From positions 12,580,148 through 12,644,147 of the forward strand of contig CM082585.2 of assembly GCA_040954595.2 (NCBI GenBank): a stretch of 64,000 nucleotides of DNA. Reading direction: 5' to 3'. A model generated the notes under the pieces. The model worked only from the letters and a program-made list of their open reading frames with translations, was not told the DNA's origin and did no database searches. The stretch is from Balanoglossus misakiensis (Eukaryota; Animalia; Hemichordata). A program made the translations under genes and the position numbers. Positions 39,901-51,200 of the stretch are shown in pieces (positions within the stretch are counted from its first letter, which is position 1; each line of letters begins with the position of its first letter).

Positions 39901-41100
39901 AATCCAAGCTTAACGCATTGAATCAATTTTATAAACTATGTCACCACTTTGTTCATTGATCATGAATGATTTTTTTTCTGTTGTTTTGTTAGAATATGGC
40001 GAAGAGTGCAGGCTGATGTAGTGTATCTGAATGTTGCCAATGGTAGAAGTGGACAAGGACTTCGTCTTCCAGTCAGCCAATAAAGTACTTGCATGATGGC
40101 AGATGAAGCAAGTTCAAGCATGAAGAATGATGTTTAAATTCTAAATGGTGCCAACGGTAGAAGTGGACAAGGACTTGGTCTTGCAGTCAGCCAATTAACA
40201 ACTTGCATGATGGCAGATGAAGATATATGGATGTCAAATGAAGAAAACGTACAGGTTTGCAGTCAACAAGTGTATATAGTATTGGAACAAATTCAAACTT
40301 AACTCATTGAATCAATTTTATAATATATGTCACCACTTTGTTCATTGATCATGAATCATTTTTTTTCTGTTGTTTTGTTAGAATATGTCGAAGAGTGCAG
40401 GCTGATGTTGTGTATCAGAATGTTGCCATTGGTAGAAGTGGACAAGGACTTGGTTTCCCAGTCACCCAATAAACTACTTGCATGATGGCTGATGAAGATA
40501 TTTGGATGTCAAATAAAGGGCAGATGAACATATCTGGTTGTCAAATGAAGAAAATATAAAGGTTTGTACTCAACCTTTTAAGAGTGTATATAGTATTGGA
40601 ACACATCCAAATTTAACTCATTGAATCAATTTATACAATCTTTCGCCAATTTGTTCATTAATCATGGATAAAATTTTTCTGTTTTTTTGTTAGAATATGG
40701 CGAAGAGTGCAGACTGATGTTTTTATCCAGATATTGCCAATGGTAGAAGTGGACAAGGACTTGGTATTGCACTCACCCCATAAACTATTTGCATGATGGC
40801 AGATTAACATATCTGGTTGTCAAATGAAGAAAATATGAAGGTTTGTGGTCAACATTTTATGAGTGTATATAGTATTGGAAGACTTCCAAATTTAACTTAA
40901 GCCGAATGAATCAATGCTATAAAACGTGTGATCATTTCATTAATTAAAGCGAATATATTTTTTTTTCTGTTACTTTCTTAGCTCAAGCTGAAGTGTGAAG
41001 ACTGGTGATTTTCCAAATGATGATGATGGTAGAAATGGACAAGGACTTGGTCTACCAGCAACCCAATAAAATACTTGCATCTTGGCAGATGAAGTCTGAA
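33950..41100 (+). repeat. AT-rich subtelomeric satellite, ~283-bp monomer (roughly 23-24 copies) with interspersed 114-bp variant units
   Basis: CTTGCATGATGGCAGATGAAG recurs at about 34121, 34404, 34687, 34970, 35253 and 35535 (period 282-283); edge monomers are more diverged. Confidence 0.95.
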
Positions 41101-41942
41101 TGCAAAATAAAGAGAAGACATAGATTTTCAGTCGGCATTTTAAGAGTTTATAATGAGAATGAAGAGAAAACTTATAGATTGTCTTCCGTCCAGTTTTCTA
41201 ATAAAGTGACACAATCTCTCTTTTTGAGCTTTGAATGTTGTCAAGTATACATTGAATACTTGCATAAAAAATAATGATTTTTAAAATCACCATTCTGTAT
41301 CAAACGAATTTAATCTCTAAAAGATCAAAAAGAGAGAATGTTGCTGTTTAATCTATTGATCCAGTGGGGACTATGACATTGACTTTCCTTACATGTTCCC
41401 TTTAGCTCACTGGTTATGTGTTATGATAAAGATTGATTCAGATTAGGACACAGTATTAATTATTTAACTGTAGCCTAAATGTCCATAGATACAGTATTTC
41501 TTAGAATTACAAGTTTGCACAGAGCAAACTTTGTTCAGTGAATTTTGCAGTCAAAGGAATTTGATTCAATTTATGAAATTGTTTGTGCCATTTCAGCCAT
41601 TTGTTAATTTCAACACTAAACCTAACCCTACCCCTAACCCTAACTCTAACCCTAACACTAACCCTAACACTAACCCTAACCCTAACACTAACACTAACAA
41701 CTAATACTTTGGCTGGAATGGTAAACAGGCTCGGGGAAACTTTGTTTAATAATGGTCTCCAATTTGTTCACCAGTTAAAAGTTCACAGATGAAAATATGT
41801 TAAAGTATTGTATTGTAATTCAATTTAAATTAGCTGTCATTCCCAAAACCTGATTGTGAAGGTCAGGAAAATTAAATAAATGGAATTGTATGGGTACAAA
41901 ATTGTTCTCTATGTATGCATTTATGAATGTATGTAATGTATG
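41086..41942 (+). repeat. Diverged ~0.8-kb direct repeat, copy 2
   Basis: Colinear with 32705-33490; ends in a short TATG run that is cut by the 21-bp minisatellite. Confidence 0.85.
41613..41700 (-). repeat. Interstitial degenerate telomeric tract, (CCCTAA/CACTAA)n on + strand
   Basis: acactaaacctaaccctacccctaaccctaactctaaccctaacactaaccctaacactaaccctaaccctaacactaacactaac. Confidence 0.9.
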
Positions 41943-43294
41943 TCCCCCTCCAGCCTGCTCCAGTCCCCCTCCAGTCTGCGCCAGTCCCCCTCCAGTCTGC
42001 TCCAGTCCCCCTCCAGTCTGCTCCAGTCCCCCTCCAGTCTGCTCCAGTGCCCCTCCAGTCTGCTCCAGTCCCCCTCCAGTCTGCTCCAGTCTGCTCCAGT
42101 CCCCCTCCAGTCTGCTCCAGTCCCCCTCCAGCATGCTCCAGTCCCCCTCCAGTCTGCTCCACTCACCCTCCAGCATGCTCCAGTCCCCCTCCAGTCTGCT
42201 CCACTCACCCTCCAGTCTGCTCCAGTCCCCCTCCAGTCTGCTCCAGTCCCCCTACAGTCTGCTCCAGTCCCCCTCCAGTCTGCTCCAGTCCCCCTACAGT
42301 CTGCTCCAGTCCCCCTCCAGTCTGCTCCAGTCCCCCTACAGTCTGCTCCAGTCCCCCTCCAGTCTGCTCCAGTCCCCCTCCAGTCTGCTCCAGTCCCCAT
42401 CCAGCATGCTCCAGTCTGCTCCAGCCCCCCTCCAGCATGCTCCAGTCCCCCTCCAGTCTGCTCCACTCCCCCTCCAGTCTGCTCCAGTCCCCCTCCAGTC
42501 TGCTCCACTCCCCCTCCAGCATGCTCCAGTCCCCCTCCAGTCTGCTCCACTCCCCCTCCAGCATGCTCCAGTCCCCCTCCAGTCTGCTCCACTCCCCCTC
42601 CAGCATGCTCCAGTCCCCCTCCAGTCTGCTCCACTCCCCCTCCAGCATGCTCCAGTCCCCCTCCAGTCTGCTCCACTCCCCCTCCAGCATGCTCCAGTCC
42701 CCCTCCAGTCTGCTCCACTCCCCCTCCAGCATGCTCCAGTCCCCCTCAAGTCTGCTCCACTCCCCCTCCAGCATGCTCCAGTCCCCCTCAAGTCTGCTCC
42801 ACTCCCCCTCCAGCATGCTCCAGTCCCCCTCAAGTCTGCTCCACTCCCCCTCCAGCATGCTCCAGTCCCCCTCAAGTCTGCTCCACTCCCCCTTCAGTCT
42901 GCTCCACTCCCCCTCCAGCATGCTCCACTCCCCCTCCAGTCTGCTCCAGTGCCCCTCCAGTCTGCTCCAGTGCCCCTCCAGTCTGCTCCAGTCCCCCTCC
43001 AGTCTGCTCCAGTGCCCCTCCAGTCTGCTCCAGTCCCCCTCCAGTCCCCCTCCAGTCTGCTCCAGTCCCCCTCCAGTCTGATCCAGTGCCCCTCCAGTCT
43101 GCTCCAGTCCCCCTCCAGTCTGCTCCAGTGCCCCTCCAGTCTGCTCCAGTCCCCCCTCCAGTCTGCTCCAGTCCCCCCTCCAGTCTGCTCCAGTCCCCCT
43201 CCAGTCTGCTCCAGTCCCCCTCCAGCCTGCTCCAGTCCCCCTCCAGCCTGCTCAGGTCCCCCTCCAGCCTGCTCCAGTCCCCCTCCAGTCTGCT
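41942..43294 (+). repeat. 21-bp C-rich minisatellite (CTCCAGTCCCCCTCCAGTCTG)n
   Basis: Unit is built from 11-bp and 10-bp CTCCAGTC halves; variants with CATG and CCACT form a 42-bp alternation in the middle. Confidence 0.95.
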
Positions 43295-45212
43295 CGGATT
43301 CACAGGAAGTCGCCATCAACTTGGCCCAGATTCACCGCGCCGTTACCACAGGAAATCGCCGGCAACTTGGCCCAGATTCACCGCGCCGTTACGACAGGAA
43401 GTCGCCGGCAACTTGGCCCAGATTCACCGCGCCGTTACCACCGGAAGTCGCCGGCAACTTGGCCCAGATTCTTGCGCCGTTACGACCGGAAGTCGCCGGC
43501 AACTTGGCCCAGATTCACAGCGCCGTTACGACCGGAAGTTGCCGCAACTTGGCCCGGATTCACAGGAAGTCTCCGGCAACTTGGCCCAGATTCTTGCGCC
43601 GTTACGACCGGAAGTCGCCGGCAACTTGGCCCAGATTCACCGCGCCGTTACCACCGGAAGTCGCCGGCAACTTGGCCCAGAATCACCGCGCCGTTACCAC
43701 CGGAAGTCGCCGGCAACTTGGCCCTGATTTACCGCACCGTTACGACCGGAAGTCGCCGGCAACTTGGCCTGGATTCACAGGAAGTCTCCGGCAACTTGGC
43801 CCAGATTCTTGCGCCGTTACGACCGGAAGTTGCCGGCAACTAGGCCCAGATTCACCGCGCCGTTACGACCGGAAGTCGCCGGCAACTTGGCCCGGATTCA
43901 CAGGAAGTCTCCGGCAACTTGGCCCAGATTCACCGCGCCATTACGACCGGATGTCGCCGGCAACTTGGCCTGGATTCACCATGCCGTTACGACCGGAAGT
44001 CGCCGCAACTTGGCCCGGATTCACTGCGCCGTTCCGACCGGAAGTCGCCGGCAACTTGGCCAAGATTCACCTCGCCGTTACGACCGGAAGTCGCCGGCAA
44101 CTTGGCCCAGATTCACCGCGCCGTTACGACCGGAAGTCACCGGCAACTTGGCCCAGATTCACGCCGTTACGACCGGAAGTCGACGGCAACTTGGCCAAGA
44201 TTCACCTCGCCGTTACGACAGGAAGTCGCCGGCAACTTGGCCCAGATTCACCGCGCCGTTACGACCGGAAGTCGCCGGCAACTTGGCCCAGATTCACGCC
44301 GTTACGACCGGAAGTCGCCATCAACTTGGCCCAGATTCACCGCGCCGTTACCACAGGAAGTCGCCGGCAACTTGGCCCAGATTCACCGCGCCGTTACGAC
44401 AGGAAGTCGCCGGCAACTTGGCCCAGATTCACCACGCCTTTACGACCGGAAGTCGCCGCAACTTGGCCCGGATTCACTGCGCCGTTCCGACCGGAAGTCG
44501 CCGGCAACTTGGCCAAGATTCACCTCGCCGTTACGACCGGAAGTCGCCGGCAACTTGGCCCAGATTCACGCCGTTACGACCGGAAGTCGCCATCAACTTG
44601 GCCCAGATTCACCGCGCCGTTACCACAGGAAGTCGCCGGCAACTTGGCCCAGATTCAACGCGCCGTTACGTTAGGAAGTCGCCGGCAACTTGGCCCAGAT
44701 TCACCGCGCCATTACCACCGGAAGTCGCCGGCAACTTGGCCCTGATTCACCGCGCCGTTACGACCGGAAGTCGCCGCAACTTGGCCCGGATTTACAGGAA
44801 GTCCCCGGCAACTTGGCCCAGATTCTTGCGCCGTTACGACCGGAAGTCGCCGGCAACTTGGCCCAGATTCACCGCGCCGTTACCACCGGAAGTCGCCGCA
44901 ACTTGGCCCGGATTCACAGGAAGTCTCCGGCAACTTGGCCCAGATTCTTGCGCCGTTACGACCGGAAGTCGCCGGCAACTTGGCCCAGATTCACCGCGCC
45001 GTTACCACCGGAAGTCGCCGGCAACTTGGCCCTGATTCACCGCGCCGTTACGACCGGAAGTTGCCGCAACTTGGCCCGGATTCACAGGAAGTCTCCGGCA
45101 ACTTGGCCCAGATTCTTGCGCCGTTACGACCGGAAGTCGCCGGCAACTTGGCCCAGATTCACCGCGCCGTTACGACCGGAAGTCGCCGGCAACTTGGCCC
45201 GGATTCACCACG
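43295..45212 (+). repeat. 46-bp CpG-rich satellite (GATTCACCGCGCCGTTACGACCGGAAGTCGCCGGCAACTTGGCCCA)n with 32-45-bp deletion variants
   Basis: Period 46 (for example 43329 to 43375). Confidence 0.95.
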
Positions 45213-48200
45213 CCAACCAGATACCCAACCCCTTCGACCGCCAGGCTACGGCCGGAAGTGGAGGCCAACCTGATACCCAACCCCTTCGACCGCCAGGCTA
45301 CGGCCGGATGTGGAGGCCAACCAGATACCCAACCCCTTCGACCGCCAGGCTACGGCCGGAAGTGGAGGCCAACCTGATACCCAACCCCTTCGACCGCCAG
45401 GCTACGGCCGGAAGTGGAGGCCAACCTGATACCCAACCCCTTCGACCGCCAGGCTACGGCCGGAAGTGGAGGCCAACCTGATACCCAACCCCTTCGACCG
45501 CCAGGCTACGGCCGGAAGTGGAGGCCAACCTGATACCCAACCCCTTCGACCGCCAGGCTACGGCCGGAAGTGGAGGCCAAACTGATACCCAACCCCTTCG
45601 ACCGCCAGGCTACGGCCGGAAGTGGAGGCCAACCTGATACCCAACCCCTTCGACCGCCAGGCTACGGCCGGAAGTGGAGGCCAACCTGATACCCAACCCC
45701 TTCGACCGCCAGGCTACGGCCGGAAGTGGAGGCCAACCTGATACCCAACCCCTTCGACCGCCAGGCTACGGCCGGAAGTGGAGGCCAACCTGATACCCAA
45801 CCCCTTCGACCGCCAGGCTACGGCCGGAAGTGGAGGCCAACCTGATACCCAACCCCTTCGTTACGACCGGAAGTCGCCGGCAACTTGGCCCAGATTCACC
45901 GCGCCGTTACCACTGGAAGTCGCCGGCAACTTGGCCCTGATTCACCGCGCTGTTACGACCGGAAGTCGCCGCAACTTGGCCCGGATTCACAGGAAGTCTC
46001 CGGCAACTTGGCCCAGATTCTTGCGCTGTTACGACCGGAAGTCGCCGGCAACTTGGCCCAGATTCACCGCACCGTTACCACCGGAAGTCGCCGGCAACTT
46101 GGCCCTGATTCACCGCGCCGTTACGACCTGAAGTTGCCGCAACTTGGCCCGGATTCACAGGAAGTCTCCGGCAACTTGGCCCAGATTCTTGCGCCGTTAC
46201 GACCGGAAGTCACCGGCAACTTGGCCCAGATTCACCGCGCCGTTACGACCGGAAGTCGCCGGCAACTTGGCCCGGATTCACCACGCCAACCAGATACCCA
46301 ACCCCTTCGACCGCCAGGCTACGGCCGGAAGTGGAGGCCAACCTGATACCCAACCCCTTCGACCGCCAGGCTACGGCCGGAAGTGGAGGCCAACCTGATA
46401 CCCAACCCCTTCGACCGCCAGGCTACGGCCGGAAGTGGAGGCCAACCTGATACCCAACCCCTTCGACCGCCAGGCTACGGCCGGAAGTGGAGGCCAACCT
46501 GATACCCAACCCCTTCGACCGCCAGGCTACGGCCGGAAGTGGAGGCCAACCAGATACCCAACCCCTTCGACCGCCAGGCTACGGCCGGAAGTGGAGGCCA
46601 ACCAGATACCCAACCCCTTCGACCGCCAGGCTACGGCCGGAAGTGGAGGCCAACCTGATACCCAACCCCTTCGACCGCCAGGCTACGGCCGGAAGTGGAG
46701 GCCAACCTGATACCCAACCCCTTCGACCGCCAGGCTACGGCCGGAAGTGGAGGCCAACCAGATACCCAACCCCTTCGACCGCCAGGCTACGGCCGGAAGT
46801 GGAGGCCAACCAGATACCCAACCCCTTCGACCGCCAGGCTACGGCCGGAAGTGGAGGCCAACCTGATACCCAACCCCTTCGACCGCCAGGCTACGGCCGG
46901 AAGTGGAGGCCAAACTGATACCCAACCCCTTCGACCGCCAGGCTACGGCCGGAAGTGGAGGCCAACCTGATACCCAACCCCTTCGACCGCCAGGCTACGG
47001 CCGGAAGTGGAGGCCAACCTGATACCCAACCCCTTCGACCGCCAGATTACGGCCGGAAGTGGAGGCCAACCTGATACCCAACCCCTTCGACCGCCAGGCT
47101 ACGGCCGGAAGTGGAGGCCAACCTGATACCCAACCCCTTCGACCGCCAGGCTACGGCCGGAAGTGGAGGCCAACCTGATACCCAACCCCTTCGACCGCCA
47201 GGCTACGGCCGGAAGTGGAGGCCAACCTGATACCCAACCCCTTCGTTACGATCGGAAGTCGCCGGCAACTTGGCCCAGATTCACCGCGCCGTTACCACTG
47301 GAAGTCGCCGGCAACTTGGCCCTGATTCACCGCGCTGTTACGACCGGAAGTCGCCGCAACTTGGCCCGGATTCACAGGAAGTCTCCGGCAACTTGGCCCA
47401 GATTCTTGCACCGTTACGACCGGAAGTCGCCGGCAACTTGGCCCAGATTCACCGCACCGTTACCACCGGAAGTCGCCGGCAACTTGGCCCTGATTCACCG
47501 CGCCGTTACGACCGGAAGTTGCCGCAACTTGGCCCGGATTCACAGGAAGTCTCCGGCAACTTGGCCCAGATTCTTGCGCCGTTACGACCGGAAGTCGCCG
47601 GCAACTTGGCCCAGATTCACCGCGCCGTTACGACCGGAAGTCGCCGGCAACTTGGCCCGGATTCACCACGCCAACCAGATACCCAACCCCTTCGACCGCC
47701 AGGCTACGGCCGGAAGTGGAGGCCAACCTGATACCCAACCCCTTCGACCGCCAGGCTACGGCCGGAAGTGGAGGCCAACCTGATACCCAACCCCTTCGAC
47801 CGCCAGGCTACGGCCGGAAGTGGAGGCCAACCTGATACCCAACACCTTCGACCGCCAGGCTACGGCCGGAAGTGGAGGCCAACCTGATACCCAACCCCTT
47901 TCGACCGCCAGGCTACGGCCGGAAGTGGAGGCCAACCTGATACCCAACCCCTTCGACCGCCAGGCTACGGCCGGAAGTGGAGGCCAACCTGATACCCAAC
48001 CCCTTCGACCGCCAGGCTACGGCCGGAAGCGGAGGCCAACCTGATACCCAACCCCTTCGACCGCCAGGCTACGGCCGGAAGTGGAGGCCAACCTGATACC
48101 CAACCCCTTCGACCGCCAGGCTACGGCCGGAAGTGGAGGCCAACCTGATACCCAACCCCTTCGACCGCCAGGCTACGGCCGGAAGTGGAGGCCAACCTGA

Positions 48201-51200
48201 TACCCAACCCCTTCGACCGCCAGGCTACGGCCGGAAGTGGAGGCCAACCTGATACCCAACCCCTTCGACCGCCAGGCTACGGCCGGAAGTGGAGGCCAAC
48301 CTGATACCCAACCCCTTCGACCGCCAGGCTACGGCCGGAAGTGGAGGCCAACCTGATACCCAACCCCTTCGACCGCCAGGCTACGGCCGGAAGTGGAGGC
48401 CAACCAGATACCCAACCCCTTCGACCGCCAGGCTACGGCCGGAAGTGGAGGCCAACCTGATACCCAACCCCTTCGTTACGACCGGAAGTCGCCGGCAACT
48501 TGGCCCAGATTCACCGCGCCGTTACCACTGGAAGTCGCCGGCAACTTGGCCCTGATTCACCGCGCTGTTACGACCGGAAGTCGCCGCAACTTGGCCCGGA
48601 TTCACAGGAAGTCTCCGGCAACTTGGCCCAGATTCTTGCGCTGTTACGACCGGAAGTCGCCGGCAACTTGGCCCAGATTCACCGCACCGTTACCACCGGA
48701 AGTCGCCGGCAACTTGGCCCTGATTCACCGCGCCGTTACGACCTGAAGTTGCCGCAACTTGGCCCGGATTCACAGGAAGTCTCCGGCAACTTGGCCCAGA
48801 TTCTTGCGCCGTTACGACCGGAAGTCACCGGCAACTTGGCCCAGATTCACCGCGCCGTTACGACCGGAAGTCGCCGGCAACTTGGCCCGGATTCACCACG
48901 CCAACCAGATACCCAACCCCTTCGACCGCCAGGCTACGGCCGGAAGTGGAGGCCAACCTGATACCCAACCCCTTCGACCGCCAGGCTACGGCCGGAAGTG
49001 GAGGCCAACCTGATACCCAACCCCTTCGACCGCCAGGCTACGGCCGGAAGTGGAGGCCAACCTGATACCCAACCCCTTCGACCGCCAGGCTACGGCCGGA
49101 AGTGGAGGCCAACCTGATACCCAACCCCTTCGACCGCCAGGCTACGGCCGGAAGTGGAGGCCAACCAGATACCCAACCCCTTCGACCGCCAGGCTACGGC
49201 CGGAAGTGGAGGCCAACCAGATACCCAACCCCTTCGACCGCCAGGCTACGGCCGGAAGTGGAGGCCAACCTGATACCCAACCCCTTCGACCGCCAGGCTA
49301 CGGCCGGAAGTGGAGGCCAACCAGATACCCAACCCCTTCGACCGCCAGGCTACGGCCGGAAGTGGAGGCCAACCAGATACCCAACCCCTTCGACCGCCAG
49401 GCTACGGCCGGAAGTGGAGGCCAACCAGATACCCAACCCCTTCGACCGCCAGGCTACGGCCGGAAGTGGAGGCCAACCTGATACCCAACCCCTTCGACCG
49501 CCAGGCTACGGCCGGAAGTGGAGGCCAACCTGATACCCAACCCCTTCGACCGCCAGGCTACGGCCGGAAGTGGAGGCCAAACTGATACCCAACCCCTTCG
49601 ACCGCCAGGCTACGGCCGGAAGTGGAGGCCAAACTGATACCCAACCCCTTCGACCGCCAGGCTACGGCCGGAAGTGGAGGCCAACCTGATACCCAACCCC
49701 TTCGACCGCCAGGCTACGGCCGGAAGTGGAGGCCAACCTGATACCCAACCCCTTCGACCGCCAGGCTACGGCCGGAAGTGGAGGCCAACCTGATACCCAA
49801 CCCCTTCGACCGCCAGGCTACGGCCGGAAGTGGAGGCCAAACTGATACCCAACCCCTTCGACCGCCAGGCTACGGCCGGAAGTGGAGGCCAACCTGATAC
49901 CCAACCCCTTCGACCGCCAGGCTACGGCCGGAAGTGGAGGCCAACCTGATACCCAACCCCTTCGACCGCCAGGCTACGGCCGGAAGTGGAGGCCAACCTG
50001 ATACCCAACCCCTTCGACCGCCAGCCTACGGCCGGAAGTGGAGGCCAACCTGATACCCAACCCCTTCGACCGCCAGGCTACGGCCGGAAGTGGAGGCCAA
50101 CCTGATACCCAACCCCTTCGACCGCCAGGCTACGGCCGGAAGTGGAGGCCAACCTGATACCCAACCCCTTCGTTACGACCGGAAGTCGCCGGCAACTTGG
50201 CCCAGATTCACCGCGCCGTTACCACCGGAAGTCGCCGGCAACTTGGCCCTGATTCACCGCGCTGTTACGACCGGAAGTCGCCGCAACTTGGCCCGGATTC
50301 ACAGGAAGTCTCCGGCAACTTGGCCCAGATTCTTGCGCCGTTACGACCGGAAGTCGCCGGCAACTTGGCCCAGATTCACCGCACCGTTACCACCGGAAGT
50401 CGCCGGCAACTTGGCCCTGATTCACCGCGCCGTTACGACCGGAAGTTGCCGCAACTTGGCCCGGATTCACAGGAAGTCTCCGGCAACTTGGCCCAGATTC
50501 TTGCGCCGTTACGACCGGAAGTCGCCGGCAACTTGGCCCAGATTCACCGCGCCGTTACGACCGGAAGTCGCCGGCAACTTGGCCCGGATTCACCACGCCA
50601 ACCAGATACCCAACCCCTTCGACCGCCAGGCTACGGCCGGAAGTGGAGGCCAACCTGATACCCAACCCCTTCGACCGCCAGGCTACGGCCGGAAGTGGAG
50701 GCCAACCAGATACCCAACCCCTTCGACCGCCAGGCTACGGCCGGAAGTGGAGGCCAACCAGATACCCAACCCCTTCGACCGCCAGGCTACGGCCGGAAGT
50801 GGAGGCCAACCTGATACCCAACCCCTTCGACCGCCAGGCTACGGCCGGAAGTGGAGGCCAACCTTATACCCAACCCCTTCGACCGCCAGGCTACGGCCGG
50901 AAGTGGAGGCCAACCAGATACCCAACCCCTTCGACCGCCAGGCTACGGCCGGAAGTGGAGGCCAACCAGATACCCAACCCCTTCGACCGCCAGGCTACGG
51001 CCGGAAGTGGAGGCCAACCTGATACCCAACCCCTTCGACCGCCAGGCTACGGCCGGAAGTGGAGGCCAACCTGATACCCAACCCCTTCGACCGCCAGGCT
51101 ACGGCCGGAAGTGGAGGCCAAACTGATACCCAACCCCTTCGACCGCCAGGCTACGGCCGGAAGTGGAGGCCAACCTGATACCCAACCCCTTCGACCGCCA

